From assembly GCA_964658305.1 (NCBI GenBank), contig OZ210885.1:22010001-22074000 (forward strand): a DNA stretch of 64,000 nucleotides, given 5' to 3'. Numbering within the stretch: the first letter of the stretch is position 1; every line of letters starts with the position of its first letter. The notes under the pieces are model-generated. The model ran no database searches, was not told the DNA's origin, and was given only the letters and a program-made list of their open reading frames with translations. The position numbers were made by a program, and so were the translations under genes. This document shows positions 11,601-24,924 of the stretch, in pieces. The DNA is from Leptogorgia sarmentosa (lineage: Eukaryota).

Positions 11601-14121
11601 CTTTCAGAATCCTCTGAATCTTCCTCCTGATACCGAAAGCCTCAAGAGTAGGTTTCTCTTCTGTTTATGCTAGTTCATTCACTGCATTCCGAATTTCTTC
11701 TGTTTGAGACAAAGCTGCTTCCACTTCGTCGTGAAGCTAATTTAAATTGTGAACTCCATATTGCTCCTTTGCTTTTGTCCCATCGAAAATGTGTGAACTC
11801 TTCAAGTGAAACATAATTTAGTAATGACTTGTAAAAACCATCAGACACCTTGTATGCATCTTTGTTACTCAAGTACTTTTTGTTGTAGGCAGAGTACCTT
11901 TCATAGGCTTCTGTATCTATGAGAGGTACTCTGTCTTCTCTAAAAAAGGAATGTCATCCTGGGTATTTTCAGAAGTGTTGCTCATCTGTCAGCTAGAATC
12001 AGTGCATACTTATATTAAGTTCATAATCAAACATTCATGTTATATTAATCAAGAATGCCAAATCAGGGCTTCAAATTTCCATTAACCTGGTATCCACAGG
12101 ATATCAGATTTTCAATTTGGAGACTATATCACAAGCTTGGTGTTTACTGGGATACTGAAAATATAGCCCTCCTCTTGACTGATATTACTGACAAGATACT
12201 GTTGGTAACATTCAGAGCAAATCCTTCTGAAAGAGGCATTTTAATAATCTGTAATGTCATATTATTCTTCAGCAGAGACAATTGATCAGCACATGGCTGT
12301 TCAACTACACATTACCATCACAGTAAGTGATTATACGCTAAATGATAATGGCAGAGGTAAATTACAACCATAGTAACATAATTGCAAATTGCTTTATGGT
12401 AAACTTAAGCCTGGTTCACATATGCCTGCGGTATGCCTGCGACTGTACCATTATGCCTCTACTTGCCGCCGAAATACCGGCAAAGTTGGGCTCAAGTGAA
12501 CTTTCCCGGCCTACCGCCGATGTAACTGAGGCACTGAAGGCAATCGGTAAACAAATGTTCACATAATTTACGTTTTAAAGCTACCACCGGCATCGTCGCA
12601 GGCACGTCGCAGGCATATATGTGAACCAGGCTTTAGCTACTAGCATACTACAGTATCGAAATCGTCTTGGTGGATACCAGTTTCCATGTTTCAAGTATTC
12701 CATTGAATACTGAGGAAAAATTGAAATTTGAAGCCCTGACCTGAATTGTAAAGACTGATCCTGCATATGCTGAGAGAGTTTCTAAGAATGTTGGTACATA
12801 CTGTAACATTAATTATTGTAATGACTGCACAGTCATCATAGCAAAAAAGACAAGGAAAGCAGGAAAAAAACTGTTACATACTTTCAACAGCTAATATATT
12901 CACAGTCTTTTGTCCCTCCTGCAAAAACAAATTAAAAGCTCAAATTTCTTGGATCATGGCTACGGAAAGTAGAAAGCAAAAAAACGACGTTACCTCCAAA
13001 TGTAAAGGGGTAACTCCAAACCAAAATATACACTTGAGTAACTTGTGTAGTTCACAACTAACCAGTTGAAATATGAATTTGGAGTTATTTGCTAGCTCCA
13101 AAAATCTTTAAACATTTTACTGTTGACTTAAATTCGATTTCGATGCAACCTATTCTTGCGCCCCTCGAATCTTGTGCATGCTCCATTGACTGCGTGTAAG
13201 ATGGACTCTGGTTATGAGAATGTGGCACAGCGAGTCTAGCTACAGTAGCTCTATTTCGAAATTGCCTGCCTCCACAAAAATAAAATCTATAGCCTACAGG
13301 TATGTCTTGGATAACATAAACTGGGTCTAATATACCATATATATGGTAGCTATATATGGTTATATCGTAGCCATGTCTAGATGTATATATATATAAAATA
13401 TATAAAATATATAAAATATATAAAACAAGTAACATGTGTACAGACATAAAACAGACAAAATGCATGTCAACATATGCCCTGCTGCCAGCATATCGATATA
13501 TCGCAACAGCCTACCTGCTGGTACATATACCAGTGGGCAGTGGATGCAAAACCAAAGCACGCATTAATTTAGTAGCAAATTGCTATAAAAATATTGCATA
13601 CACAACTATAATTTCAAGATTGAGGACGGATCTCAAAACTTTTATGTTCAGCGATTTGACAAAACATGGAATGAAAGCGTAGATATAGAATGCTTTGACA
13701 ACATTCAGAATAAAGACAAGATCTATCTGGTTGCTGATGCTGAGACTATATTGTGTAAGACTTTTTGTGCTCCCCATACTGAAGTAAGATCTGAAAAATA
13801 TATCAATTTGAATTGTACATATGTTTGTATTAAAATTATAATATGAATATTCATTTATATGCAAAATAGCCGTGGAAAGGATCTGGCAAACACTTATTCT
13901 GACTGTTGTTTCCTGTAGATTTATTTTTTTAATAATGTATTAGGATGGTTTGGAGAAACTACATAAATAATACGATTGAAAAACAATTTATATACGCAGC
14001 TCAACGTCGTCCAGATTTGTTCTCAACCTCGTACCCAGGGTCATTTGTTCTCGGCATCTCGGAATTAGAACCCCTTCTTCCGGCAAAAACAAACCCCGAA
14101 AAGCCCTGCCATAGTCCCCGG
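8681..14121 (-). mobile_element. degraded DNA transposon with a Zator-like DDE protein (coding fragments ~9590-11870)
   Basis: Fragments RDEQGK, VHYKNPPQHAAD, DCIRVDGAGNERPKHHEVQF and a Cys-rich C-terminus (CPWDGNCAKCTSGCHGH). GC-rich terminal-like sequence at 8681-8830 and ~14090-14121. Boundaries and family are tentative. Confidence 0.45.
12408..12632. mobile_element. PIF/Harbinger-type MITE
   Basis: TIR AGCCTGGTTCACATAT at both ends, with TTA on both flanks (12405-12407, 12633-12635). Confidence 0.85.
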
Positions 14122-14474
14122 TACAAATGCACATGTGCTAATACGTTCTATTCTGAACGCTAATACGTTTAGATTGTAAACTTATTTGGAAGGGTCATAT
14201 TAGCTTTGTCGAAAATAAGATAAAAAGAAGTATTGGTATTTTATCAAAACTTTGTTATTATTTAAATTTAAGCACTCTTAAAAATCTCTACTATGCACTA
14301 ATACATCCTTTCTTAATTTATGGCATACTTGTATGGGGTTCAGTGAACTCAAAAAAAGACTGGAATGAGAACTTGGCCGCCATTGTTGAAGCCAAATTGA
14401 ACGCTGCCATTGCATGTCAGGGGATAAAAATACACCCTTTTTTGTCGGATGTTTTTCTTGTAATTTTGAAAGCT

Positions 14475-16741
14475 TAGTAGCCTCAGGATTGATGCTATGT
14501 CTGGAAGAAATCTATGAGAATAGTTCACTAACCCAATGAATGCACGCAGCTGTGTCAGGCTCTGAGGGCGTGGTGTTTCACTTACGGCTTTAATCTTGTC
14601 TTTAGTTTGGTGTTTGGTGTATACCCTGCTTATCACATTATACCACAGTACACAACTTTCTATTGCAGGAACTCACATTTCTCTAAATTGACTTTGAGGT
14701 TGTATTTATCCAACTGAGCTAACACGCTTTCCAAATTCCGCAAGTGTTCAGTGTCATTTCGTCCCGTTACAATCATACCTGGAATCCCTTGTAATATTTA
14801 TTCCATTGAACGCTGCCAAATAGCTGGTGCCGATGCTACTCCAAATACCAATCGATTAAATTGATATAAGCCTTTGTGTATATTAATAGTCAGATACTTA
14901 TTTGATTCCTCAGACATTTCCATGTGTAAGTATGCCCGGCGCAAATCTAATTTCATGAATTTCTCTCCTTCAGACAAAGAAGAGAGAATGTCCTCAATTC
15001 TTGGGAGGGGATATTGGTCAATCATAAGCTGAGGGTCTAAAGTCACTTTAAAATCCCCACACAAACATACTTTTTCCATTTTTTTTTACAACAGGCACCA
15101 GTGGTGTTGCCCACTCACTTGTGATCACTTTGGAAATAATTCCCATTTCTTCTAGATAGTCAAGTTCCTCTTCTACTTTAGGTCTTATTCCAAAGGGGAT
15201 TGTTCTCGCCTTACAGAACACTGGTTTTGGCTCTACTTTGAATGTAAGATTTGCCTTCATACCTTCAACCTTGCCAATTCCATCTTCAAGCACTGAGTCA
15301 TATTATCTAGCAAATCTTCTATAACTGCTGTATTCTTGTTGTTTGGCTTGGATGGTAGTGGATCATCCTTTTGAGGGACTGTCTGCCCAACATTCATAAC
15401 ATTCTTGAGCTCATTCCAGTTAAATTGTAACTTCTCCAACCATGACCGACCAAACAGTGTAGACATTCCTTTCTCACCAACAAACAAGTTCAGGTGTTTC
15501 CTTTGGCCCTGATATTCAACTTTAACTTTTGCAATATACAATGGCTTAATCTTTTCCCCTGAAAATGTTCTTAAAATAGTCTTTGTTGAATCCAGTTGAT
15601 TGAGTTTCTTCTTGCCAAACTGTCTTTCAAAATCTTGTTTAGACATAACTTATATCTCAGAACCAGTATCAATTTCCATCTTGAAATTCTTGTTGTTAAT
15701 TTTTAACTGAATGATTAAGGGGTCAGATTTCTCACTCTGAATACAATTGATCTTAAGATAGTTCACCTCATATTCTGAATCAGAAATATTATCTTCACTC
15801 AACTGTTCCTCTTTTCCAACATTAAGAACATTTCTAGTATTTCTTGATCCTGAAACCCATCCCCCTCTCAGTTTTCCGAACAAGCATGCCATCTTGATAT
15901 GACCCCTATTCACACAGCCATGACAATCTACATTCTTAAATTTGCAGTTGTTTGGTGAATGTCCGAAATCACCACACCTGAAGCAACCTTGGGTTTGCTG
16001 TCGTTCTTGTTCATTCATGTTGGGGCGGGTTTGTTTGTGATCTCGTTGGACTTGTTGAACGTCCACTTCCTTATTTTCCCCTCGTAATTCGACAGCATCT
16101 TTTGCTGCCATCTCCATAGCAATGCTTATTTCTAATGCTTACTCAAGTGAAAGAGTTGTCTCCGACAACAATCTCTTTTGAATGTTTTCCATTTTTAAAC
16201 CACAAACAAATCGATCTCGTAAGGTATCATTTAAATTATCAAATTGACAGTGCAGTGATAATTTTCTCAACTCTTCTAACAATGTGCTTACATTTTCGTC
16301 GTCGTGTTGATGACGGTGGTGAAATATAAACCTTTCTGCAATTATTGACGGCTTTAGCGACAGTTGTTTGTTTAGTGACTCGGTGAGCTCTTTGTAAGAC
16401 TTTGACGCTGGTTTCTCTGGGGTTTCTTAACAGATTGTATGTTTTCCTTCCAAGGAGCGTTAATGCGGGCACTTGCTTCTCGCCTTCGATATCATTTAAA
16501 GCAAAATACTGCTTCAAACGTTCTGTGTAGGAAGTCCATGTTTCAAGAGTGTCGTCGAACGGTTCTATCATGCCAATATATCCAGCCATTAGTGTATATC
16601 CAATCCAAATCAATTTCTATTCTTGTCGCCAATTGTAGTATCTTTATCTTGTTTATATTTTAAAATAGTTCCAATATAGTTCCCGAATATGAACACGCTA
16701 TATATACCAATTTTATTACAAAATGTGTTATGTTTATTACA
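14475..16741 (-). mobile_element. Gypsy LTR retrotransposon (K02A2.6-like), 3'-truncated: 5' LTR, gag, protease, RT
   Basis: LTR edge at 16634 followed on the minus strand by a PBS-like TGGCGAC. Gag IEPFDDTLETWTSYTERL, two CCHC knuckles, protease IDTGS, and RT LCGDFK..YPLPRIEDIL..FGVASAPAIWQR. Frameshifted. Confidence 0.88.
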
Positions 16742-17374
16742 AAAATAGGTTTGAGACCGTCTAAACGTTTCCTAATATATATTTTTGTCGGTTGAAGAGC
16801 AATGTTTTTTTGACTACTCACTTTTTGTGGCAGATTGGCGTAAAACAGTTTGAACTAAATAGGAAACCTTGTGTGAACCCAAAACATTGACGTTTTTCTA
16901 CTAAAAACCATGTATTTCTTGCCAATTTTTGCTCAAAAACAAGCCCGGTGGAAAAATTCTGGCCCCTTCAAACTCTCCCCAGTCCTTTTCAATGTTAATT
17001 TTCTTGCGCGCCGGCTTCAGCCGATCATAGGACAAAAGTATAGGTATTTTTAGTTCAACGATGGTGGGGTTACACTTATTGAACCACTCTCCACCCACTT
17101 GTCATTTTACAAAAAAGAATGATTATGCATAATCAGGTTGTTTGTTGAAGGGAAGGTCGTCATCTTTGAGTCCCAGAGGGAGTTGATTTTGAATAAGTTT
17201 AGCCACAATTCTCAGAGGTGAAAATATGCGATTTCGACCAATGATTTTTAATAGACTCATATGCGCTCCGTTTTACTCAAAATGGTACAAAAAACTTGTT
17301 GTTCAACAGCTAATAACTTGCTCTTTGTGACCATATATAAATTACATTCATACACCCAGCAAATAGCGCTCAAT

Positions 17375-17415
17375 GGCATGTCAAAGTTGGATTACCTTTT
17401 TTTGAAACACCCTGT
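17375..17415. mobile_element. single Tc1/mariner-like terminus
   Basis: ...ttttttgaaacaccctg followed by TA. No partner TIR found. Confidence 0.45.
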
Positions 17416-17648
17416 AACCATCTTGAAACAGCAGCACGAAGGAAGTTATAATTAAAATGTTCACTGTGACCATCTTGAAACAGCAGCGTGAGGGGTGTTA
17501 TATAATTAAAATGTTCACTGTAACCATCTTGAAACAGCAGCACGAAGGAAGTTATATAAAATGTTCACTGTAACCATCTTGAAACAGCAGCACAAAGGAA
17601 GTTATATAATTAAAATGTTCACTGTAAATTATCTTGAAACAGTAGCAT
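17411..17648. repeat. ~52-55 bp minisatellite, about 4.5 copies
   Basis: Repeated unit ctgtaaccatcttgaaacagcagcacgaaggaagttataattaaaatgttca. Confidence 0.9.
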
Positions 17649-18920
17649 GCATGTGTGAAGAAAATAAGGATGAATGTTGAATCATCATGTCACTCATCAT
17701 TTGGAAATAATTTGAGCATCATTCTGCGAGGATTTCGTACTTCAAATTCGTCAATCACTTCCTCTGTATCGAGATGAATTTCATAATGAACATTCAGTAG
17801 TGCAAGCCCTTTCAAACGTGTTTCTGTCATGGTGCTTCGGAGGTATGTCTTCAGTCATCTTAGAACGGAAATGGATCTTTCACATGTGCACGACGTAACA
17901 GGAATAGTTGCAAAAATCTGGAAAGCTGTATAGATGTTTATCAACAAAGGGTAAAACATTGGTAAGTTTCGCAGGTAGAGGACTCTTTTCCATTTGACAA
18001 CGTTGACTCCACATTTCCAGTTCTGTATCCAGAAAGCGAGGTTGTGGCAAATCATCCTTGTAAATCTCTGTGGAAGCCCATTCTGTGGAAGCCCATATAC
18101 TGCATCCATGACGTAAAGATTATTTTGGGTAAAGCGAGTTTGGATTTGGGACTTAAGATGATCAAGGAATGAAACAAAATTTACAAATTCTGAAACAACG
18201 CGGACATGCTCCAACATGTTACTAACAAGTAATTCTTTGCAACAGGAGGCAACACAAAGATTTAGAATGTGCAAGTTGCAGTGAACATAAATGGCCTTAT
18301 CCTGAGCAGCTTGAATCCTTGCAGCCGCTCCAGAAAGTCGTCCAGCCTGCGATCACGAAGGAAGTCTTGGATGGTGTTGGCAATTGCTTCCCCAGACACA
18401 CCATTCTTGCAAGGAACAAAACCAAGAAATTCTTCTCTAATCTGATTCTTTCTGTCGACAAACTGAACAACGACACTCAACTGTTCTACGTTTGCACAAT
18501 CCGCAGCTTTGTCAGCGAGAACATATTAGAGATTTGAGAACAGATTATACCTCGTCTGTGATTTTGTTTGTTATTAACTGACCACAGATGTCAATAATCT
18601 CGTTCTGGGTCGTTTTGGATTTGTAAGTAACATTTTTAGGGGTGCTTCTAAAATAATCCTGTAGTGACTGGCCAGCACAGATTACACCATACTTTAGAAT
18701 TTCTATAAAATTACCAGGGTTGACGTCATCTGACAAATAATATTTTGCATTGTCTAGGTGATGTCGTAGTGCGATATCTTGTCTTCCACATAGAAATATT
18801 GCATGAACAATGGGTCGGAGTTGTTTCCTGTTCTCTTCTATCTGCCGTTTCTTCACTTCATCTAACATAGCCTCAATAGGTGTTGACTTTTTCTCCATGT
18901 AAGATCTGAATAGAGATGCG

Positions 18921-21631
18921 TATGGCGTTCCAATGCGGCCAAAATTACTTGAATGTTCAAAATACTGGATATAATATGTCACAAAATATAATCTAAGTAC
19001 TCAAAAAAAAGTTGTATGGGCACAATGTTCATATAAAACGACACGCAAAATAAATGTAACTCATAAAAACATTTCGAAACACACTCAATCCGTACCATGA
19101 CACAAAATTAATTCTATTCACTTAGCAACCGTACCCTCACATAAAAATAATTCAAACATTCAAAATATGTTCGTCACGAAGATTAGTAAACGGAAGTAAA
19201 CGTTAACTCTAAAAGATTTTGACAGGAAACTATCACAGGAAGTGGAAGTACTAGATGAAGTATTGGCTGTATTGCTGCAAAAAGATCATGCAAATGAGGT
19301 GAGAATTGTGCGAAAAGGAAAAGCAGACATTATCATTAAAGATGTTTGTTTGCTTCCATCGCCACGTTGGAAAGAAGTTCCCAGAAGGCAATTTAAACAA
19401 GAATTGATCAGCAGAAACTTATTTATTGATGCCTGGTCTTTAGACAAATCTTGGTCTGAGCAGGAATCACGATCGGAACTCTTCAATCTGATTAAAGATC
19501 ATCTATCAGGAACATCAGAGTAAGTCAAGGCCATTGAATGGAAGATCCTATGCCTGTTTTTTTTCTTTCTCTTCCACACTCAAATCTGAAATTTCAAGTT
19601 TTGCTGCTTTATAATATTCAAATACCTAAGTCAAATAAATAATAGATAATATAATTTTACTTTATTTTGTAAATGAACAATAAACTTTATTACACTTACA
19701 ATGACATCTGTAAAACCTGAATGTTTGGAAATAGCTAAGTTGGCAAACCAACATATCTTTGCAACACAACATTTATATTATTCTGTAATCACACTGTATA
19801 AACCAAATTTCCTGTTATTTATATTCCAGTTATTCTGTGGTACATACACCTGTATAGCAATATGATTTTCTTCATTTAATTTTGAATTTGTTAAATCTGT
19901 TGGCAAACAAAATCACAAATGCCAAACTTGCTGACAGGCAAGAAGCAAATGGCAGCATTGTCAGGCATATTGCTGGAAATGGTACCATTCACATCCGTTG
20001 CCTATCTCATACTCATGAGGTAAATTAATGAGCAGCTAATTTCAAACAGGAACCTTGCCAACATGATTTTTTTTAAAGCATGAATTGTTGCCAAATCCAA
20101 TGATACTGCACCAGTTTGTATTGATCATTTGATCGTTGTAGTCAAGTATGAAAAGAAATTCATTACATTGATCAGTTTATAATTATTTTTTCTTGTATTC
20201 TAAGGAAGAAGATATTGACTTTACATCAGAGCAAACTACTGACATCAGAACATATGTTTCAAATGATGGGCCATCCACAACTACTTCAACTTGTAGTCAA
20301 TCCCAGCATGTTACAGTTGAAAGTTTGGAAGATCACAGTGATGATGGACAGATAATGTGCAATTGGGAAGTCAACCAATTAAGAGAGATGTTTCCAGATT
20401 GTCCCGAGAATATTCTGGACGAAGCTTCAGAGAGATATGCTTCACTCGATTCTGCTGTTGATTTTATCATGGGTAATTCCACAGAAGCAATTAGGCATTG
20501 TCTTCATTTATTCTGCATGAAATTTAGTAATGTATACATGTCTTCTCGTTTTGAAATGCCAATGACAAATTTTTGTACATTAATTCTACATTTAGGTTGG
20601 TTAAATTATATGATTGATCCATCAATTTGATGTAAAATGCTGTCATAATTTGTCACATTTTGTCTTCTCTAGACAACGTTTGAATGTCATAACTAGATGA
20701 CCTGGATGATACAGCATCTCTCAGCGACATTCTAAAGAGGTTAAAACCCTCACCAGTGGCTCCATTAAGGTTAAGTGTTAGTAGAGCAACAATTTTTTCT
20801 GATTGTGTAGCTTTCTTCAAACAAAGAAACTTTGATTTCAAAAAAACCTTTAAAAGTTACTTTTGAAGGGGAGCCGGCTATCGACGGTGGAGGGCCCAAG
20901 AGAGAAAGAAGAAGAAACGGTCGTTTTCTGCCAATGCATAACACAGAAGCACTTCGTGCTAACCTATTTAAAGTTGCTGGTAGAATGGTGGCTACATCTA
21001 TCATGCAAGGAGGACCAGGATTTCCTGTTTTCCCAAAGTCTGCATATGCATATTTTCAAAATCCAACACCTGATGACCTAACTGAGTACCTTTCACAAGA
21101 TGATGTCACAAATCTTGATTAGGTGATTGCTCTGAGTAAGGTGTGCATGATATGTACACGAATTAGTAAGACATGATAAATTTAAATTCCACATTACATG
21201 TGAAATCTATTTTTCTCAAATAGTTAGATAGCATTTGCAGGGAAGAAGATGTAGAAGGAGTTGCTGGTGATGCACAGCAGTTGTTGATGGAAACTGGATT
21301 TCCACATTTCCTGACCCTAGAAAACCGTTTTCAAGCAATGACCTCTCTTTGCCTTCATGGAATACCACTGGATACCCAGTCTTCTGATGAATTATTTTTA
21401 TGTGACGGTACGGTTTCTAAGTGAACATCGAATTAATTTTGTAGGAATATCGAGTGTGTTTCGAAATGTTTTTATGAGTTACATTTATTTTGCGTGTCGT
21501 TTTATATGAACATTGTGCCAATACAACGTTTTTTTTAGTATTTAGATTATATTTTGCGCCTATTATATCCTGTTGGGGTGATTCACATGTATTTTGTACA
21601 TAAGTAATTTTGGCGGTATCAGAATGCCATA
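18921..21631. mobile_element. IS3EU-type DNA transposon, non-autonomous derivative
   Basis: TAT...ATA termini, ~230-bp imperfect inverted repeats, and a 6-bp TSD gatgcg (18915-18920, 21632-21637). Removing it restores KTATTCASLFRSY in the hAT ORF. Confidence 0.8.
19168..21360 (+). pseudogene. spliced G2E3-like gene: CUE-like domain plus partial HECT domain
   Basis: KDVCLLPSP..VPR..DKSWSE, CUE-like QLREMFPDCPENILDEA..LDSAVDFI, and HECT N-lobe LKVTFEGEPAIDGGGPKRE / AGRMVATSIMQGGPG. Contains stops and deletions. Confidence 0.7.
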
Positions 21632-22176
21632 GATGCGCAAGTGGTGGCTGTCTTGTGAAGTTCCGACTTTTCAGAATGATCACAAAATCTTGACGTTGCT
21701 ACATTCCAACTTCTCAAAGGTAACTTAAACAATCTCTGAAGTTTAGAGGTGTTATGCATAATGGCACTTTCGGAACCAAACAACACACAATTTAAGCAAA
21801 ATGCCCCATTGAATGTTTCCGAGTACACCAGCCACAGGAAGATCTTTAGCCATCCATAGCAATGGATGTTTTATTTTCATCCATTGGAAATGGGTAAGTT
21901 TCAGATGGGTGCCAAACGTTGCAGAGGATGTCGTATTTTTGCTGCTCAGTAAGTGGCCTATCAACATAATTGCCAATGTCATTTGGAAAACTGGACTTCT
22001 CAGAATCTGGTTTCGTTTCTTTAGACACGGATTGTTCTGAACAATATGAATTTTCTAAACGAATGTGCTGATATTAAATTACGTTCTTTTTATAAGTTTT
22101 CCCCACAACAATATCAAGACCCCAAAAGAAACCCCCAAAAAACCGGTTTATTCCGGTTTTTCCACAGCTAACCCTA

Positions 22177-23390
22177 GCCTGGTTCCTATAATACAATTCT
22201 TCAAAACACCCCCCTTCCTCCCAATTTGATGGCAATTGTCAGTGCGTACTGAAGTATCTTAAGAACAAAATGTCAACTGCAATTATGATATAATGTTTTA
22301 ACGTGTCCGTTGTCACGGCGACTGTAGCGGAACAAGTTTATGTATAGGTCAAACAACTGTCCTTTGCCTGCATTGTACTTTTGCCACACGAGTGTGGCCA
22401 TCTTTGCCTGGGTATGACTCCATAATACGGCCTAATGGCCATCGTCCTCTTGGGAGATTTGGTTAGAAATTCAGAACAATATCACCTTTTTTCATGTCCT
22501 TCACTATGTCCGTCCACTTTGGTCTTCTGTTTAAGGTCGGCAAATATTCTTTCATCCATCGTGACCATACCTAAGAAATAAGTTGCTGAACTCTTCTCCA
22601 ACGATTCTGCAAGTTGAAGGTTGTAGCATCGACCGACTCGGGGGCTACTTCACCATCTGCCCGTGTAGGAAGTGGTTTGGAGTCAACGGCATTAGATCCC
22701 GTGAGTCTGAGGACTGGTAGGTCAGCGGGCGGGAGTTGAGCACACTTTCGACAGGAGTAAAGGCTTTAATTAATTCTTCGTTGCGCACGTCACTATTACT
22801 TAAAATTGCGTAAATAGCTTTCTTTGCCGATTTTATCATCGCTTCGTGGATTCCCCCGAAGTGTGGAGCTGCAGGTGGGTTAAAGTGCGACGTCACTTTG
22901 TTGAATGGGTTGGTGGTTCTGCATTTGATTTGGTTTTGATCCAGTTGGTTTACCAGCTCGCGCAACTCATTTACAGCACCAACAAAGTTGGTGCCATTGT
23001 CACTAATCATTTCTTTTGGCACTCCTCGGCGGGATGTGAAACGGGTGAACACGTTAAGGAAACTTTCGGTATCGAGACTCCACGCCATTTCTAGGTGGAT
23101 GGCTCTAGTAGCAATGCACATGAATAGGCCGAGATAGCATTTTTGCTGACTTCGCCCCTTCCTTGAATCGTCGCGAATGGCCCAGCGTAGTCGACTGCAG
23201 ATTGATCAAAGGGGTGAAAAGTGAATCAGATATACTCGATCTCAGATATCCTTTTTCCACGTAGGCCTTAATGGTATTTTGATACTCTTGCTGCACGAAG
23301 GTGGGCTTAGCTACAAGACTGTTCTTAATCCTTTCTAACCGAGTAAAAGCCATTTCACGGTTGCATGGGAGTTTCGGGCTGTCCTCATTC
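22177..23390 (-). mobile_element. BEL/Pao remnant: integrase, DUF5641-like region, PPT and start of the 3' LTR
   Basis: [28 protein letters not shown] and LTPNHFL motifs. Polypurine tract at 22209-22222 followed by TG at 22208. Internal deletion near 23235. Confidence 0.88.
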
Positions 23391-23394
23391 CAAG

Positions 23395-24924
23395 GAACGG
23401 CTACACTACATATCCAATGTTTATCATGACATCAAGACCTCACACAATATGCAACATAAATCCCAACCACCAAACCTATCGAAACAGGAACTAGACTCCA
23501 TATACAATCTTAAGAAAGATAATGACTTGATAGTCAAACCAGCAGATAAAGGAGGGGCCATTGTAATCTGGCCAAAAGACTCTTATCTCGCTGAGGCATA
23601 CAGACAATTAAACAACTCAAAACATTATCATAAAATTCCACATGACCCAACCCTCGAAATACTAGCAGAAACAAAAAAACTTGCCAACAAGTTACACAAA
23701 TCTAACATTATAGACAACACAACACACAAATTTCTCACAACAGACTCAATTGCAAGAACACCACACCTATACCTCTTACCAAAAATCCACAAACCAGATA
23801 TTCCAGGAAGACCAATCATTTCAGGTTGCGGAGGGCCAACGGTCAAGCTTTCTCAATATGCTGACCACCTCCTCAAACCGATCCTCAAAAACATTCCATC
23901 ATATGTACAAGACACAACAGACTTTCTCCGCAGAATCTTCACTCTAAACCAAAATCTACCAAAAAACATCATACTTATCACAATTGATGTTAGAAGCCTA
24001 TACACCAACATACACAATAATGAGGGCATTCAGGCCTGCATAGATATGTTGGAAGAACATCACACAATAACTAGTGAACTAAAACAATCCGTGAAGGAGA
24101 TCTTATCAACTGTACTAAACAAAAACACCTTTACATTCAATAATGAGCACTTTTTACAAATTCATGGCACTGCCATGGGATCTCCCTTGGCACCCACATA
24201 TGCTAATATATTCATGGCTGTACTAGAAAGGGGGCTACTTAAAAAGGCACCTAATAATCTTGTACCAATTGAGTGGATAAGATTTATAGATGACATATTT
24301 GCAATTTGGACACCTGACACTGAAAAACTCCAACTATTCCTCACATACATCAACCAATTCCACCCGACCATTAAATTTGATTACACACACTCACATAAAT
24401 CAGTTAACTTCCTGGACACAACCATTTATATCAACCCCAATAACAAACTTGAATCAGACCTTTACATTAAACCCACTGACAGAACACTCCTACTACACCA
24501 CAACTCCTTCCATCCCCAACCCTGTAAGAATGCAATAATATGCAGCCAAGCACTAAGATACAGACGTATCATAACAGACAATGACAAACTGCACAATAGA
24601 CTTAACCATCTCCTTGTCGCACTCATACATAGAGGATATACACATAATAATATAATAACTCAATTTAACAAAGCACTTACATACAAAACACAAAGCGAAC
24701 TGCTCAACAACACCAAGTGCTTCAAGACTAACAACAGCCCCATTTTCACTATACAATATAATAACAACACAAAACACATAGCACACATACTTCGCAAACA
24801 CTGGAGTGTCATTGAGAATGATCCTACATTACGAGTTCTATGGCCTGAACCTCCTATTGTAGCGTATCGTAAAAATAAAAACCTCAGAGACACACTAGTT
24901 ACTGCAAAACTCAACACAACTTGA
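23395..24924 (+). CDS. Penelope-like reverse transcriptase (5'-truncated, no C-terminal GIY-YIG)
   Basis: IVKPADKGG, YLLPKIHK..PGRPIISG, DVRSLYTNI, GTAMGSPLAP and RFIDD motifs. Ends RKNKNLRDTLVTAKLNTT*. Confidence 0.9.
   Translation, partial: ERLHYISNVYHDIKTSHNMQHKSQPPNLSKQELDSIYNLKKDNDLIVKPADKGGAIVIWPKDSYLAEAYRQLNNSKHYHKIPHDPTLEILAETKKLANKLHKSNIIDNTTHKFLTTDSIARTPHLYLLPKIHKPDIPGRPIISGCGGPTVKLSQYADHLLKPILKNIPSYVQDTTDFLRRIFTLNQNLPKNIILITIDVRSLYTNIHNNEGIQACIDMLEEHHTITSELKQSVKEILSTVLNKNTFTFNNEHFLQIHGTAMGSPLAPTYANIFMAVLERGLLKKAPNNLVPIEWIRFIDDIFAIWTPDTEKLQLFLTYINQFHPTIKFDYTHSHKSVNFLDTTIYINPNNKLESDLYIKPTDRTLLLHHNSFHPQPCKNAIICSQALRYRRIITDNDKLHNRLNHLLVALIHRGYTHNNIITQFNKALTYKTQSELLNNTKCFKTNNSPIFTIQYNNNTKHIAHILRKHWSVIENDPTLRVLWPEPPIVAYRKNKNLRDTLVTAKLNTT

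Larger units (their letters stand above)
17700..22176 (-). mobile_element. hAT transposon (P52rIPK/ZMYM1-like transposase pseudogene), interrupted by the IS3EU-type element
   Basis: GAFCLNCVLF, LCGRQDIALR, NPGNFIEIL, SKTTQNEII, IREEFLGFV and IPVTSCTCERSISVLR..KTYLRSTM motifs. TAGGGTT terminus at 22176. Confidence 0.85.

Noticed and set aside
17411..17648. CRISPR-like periodicity (also 62108-62382)
   Set aside because: Whole units repeat with no unique spacers, there are no cas genes, and the context is eukaryotic.
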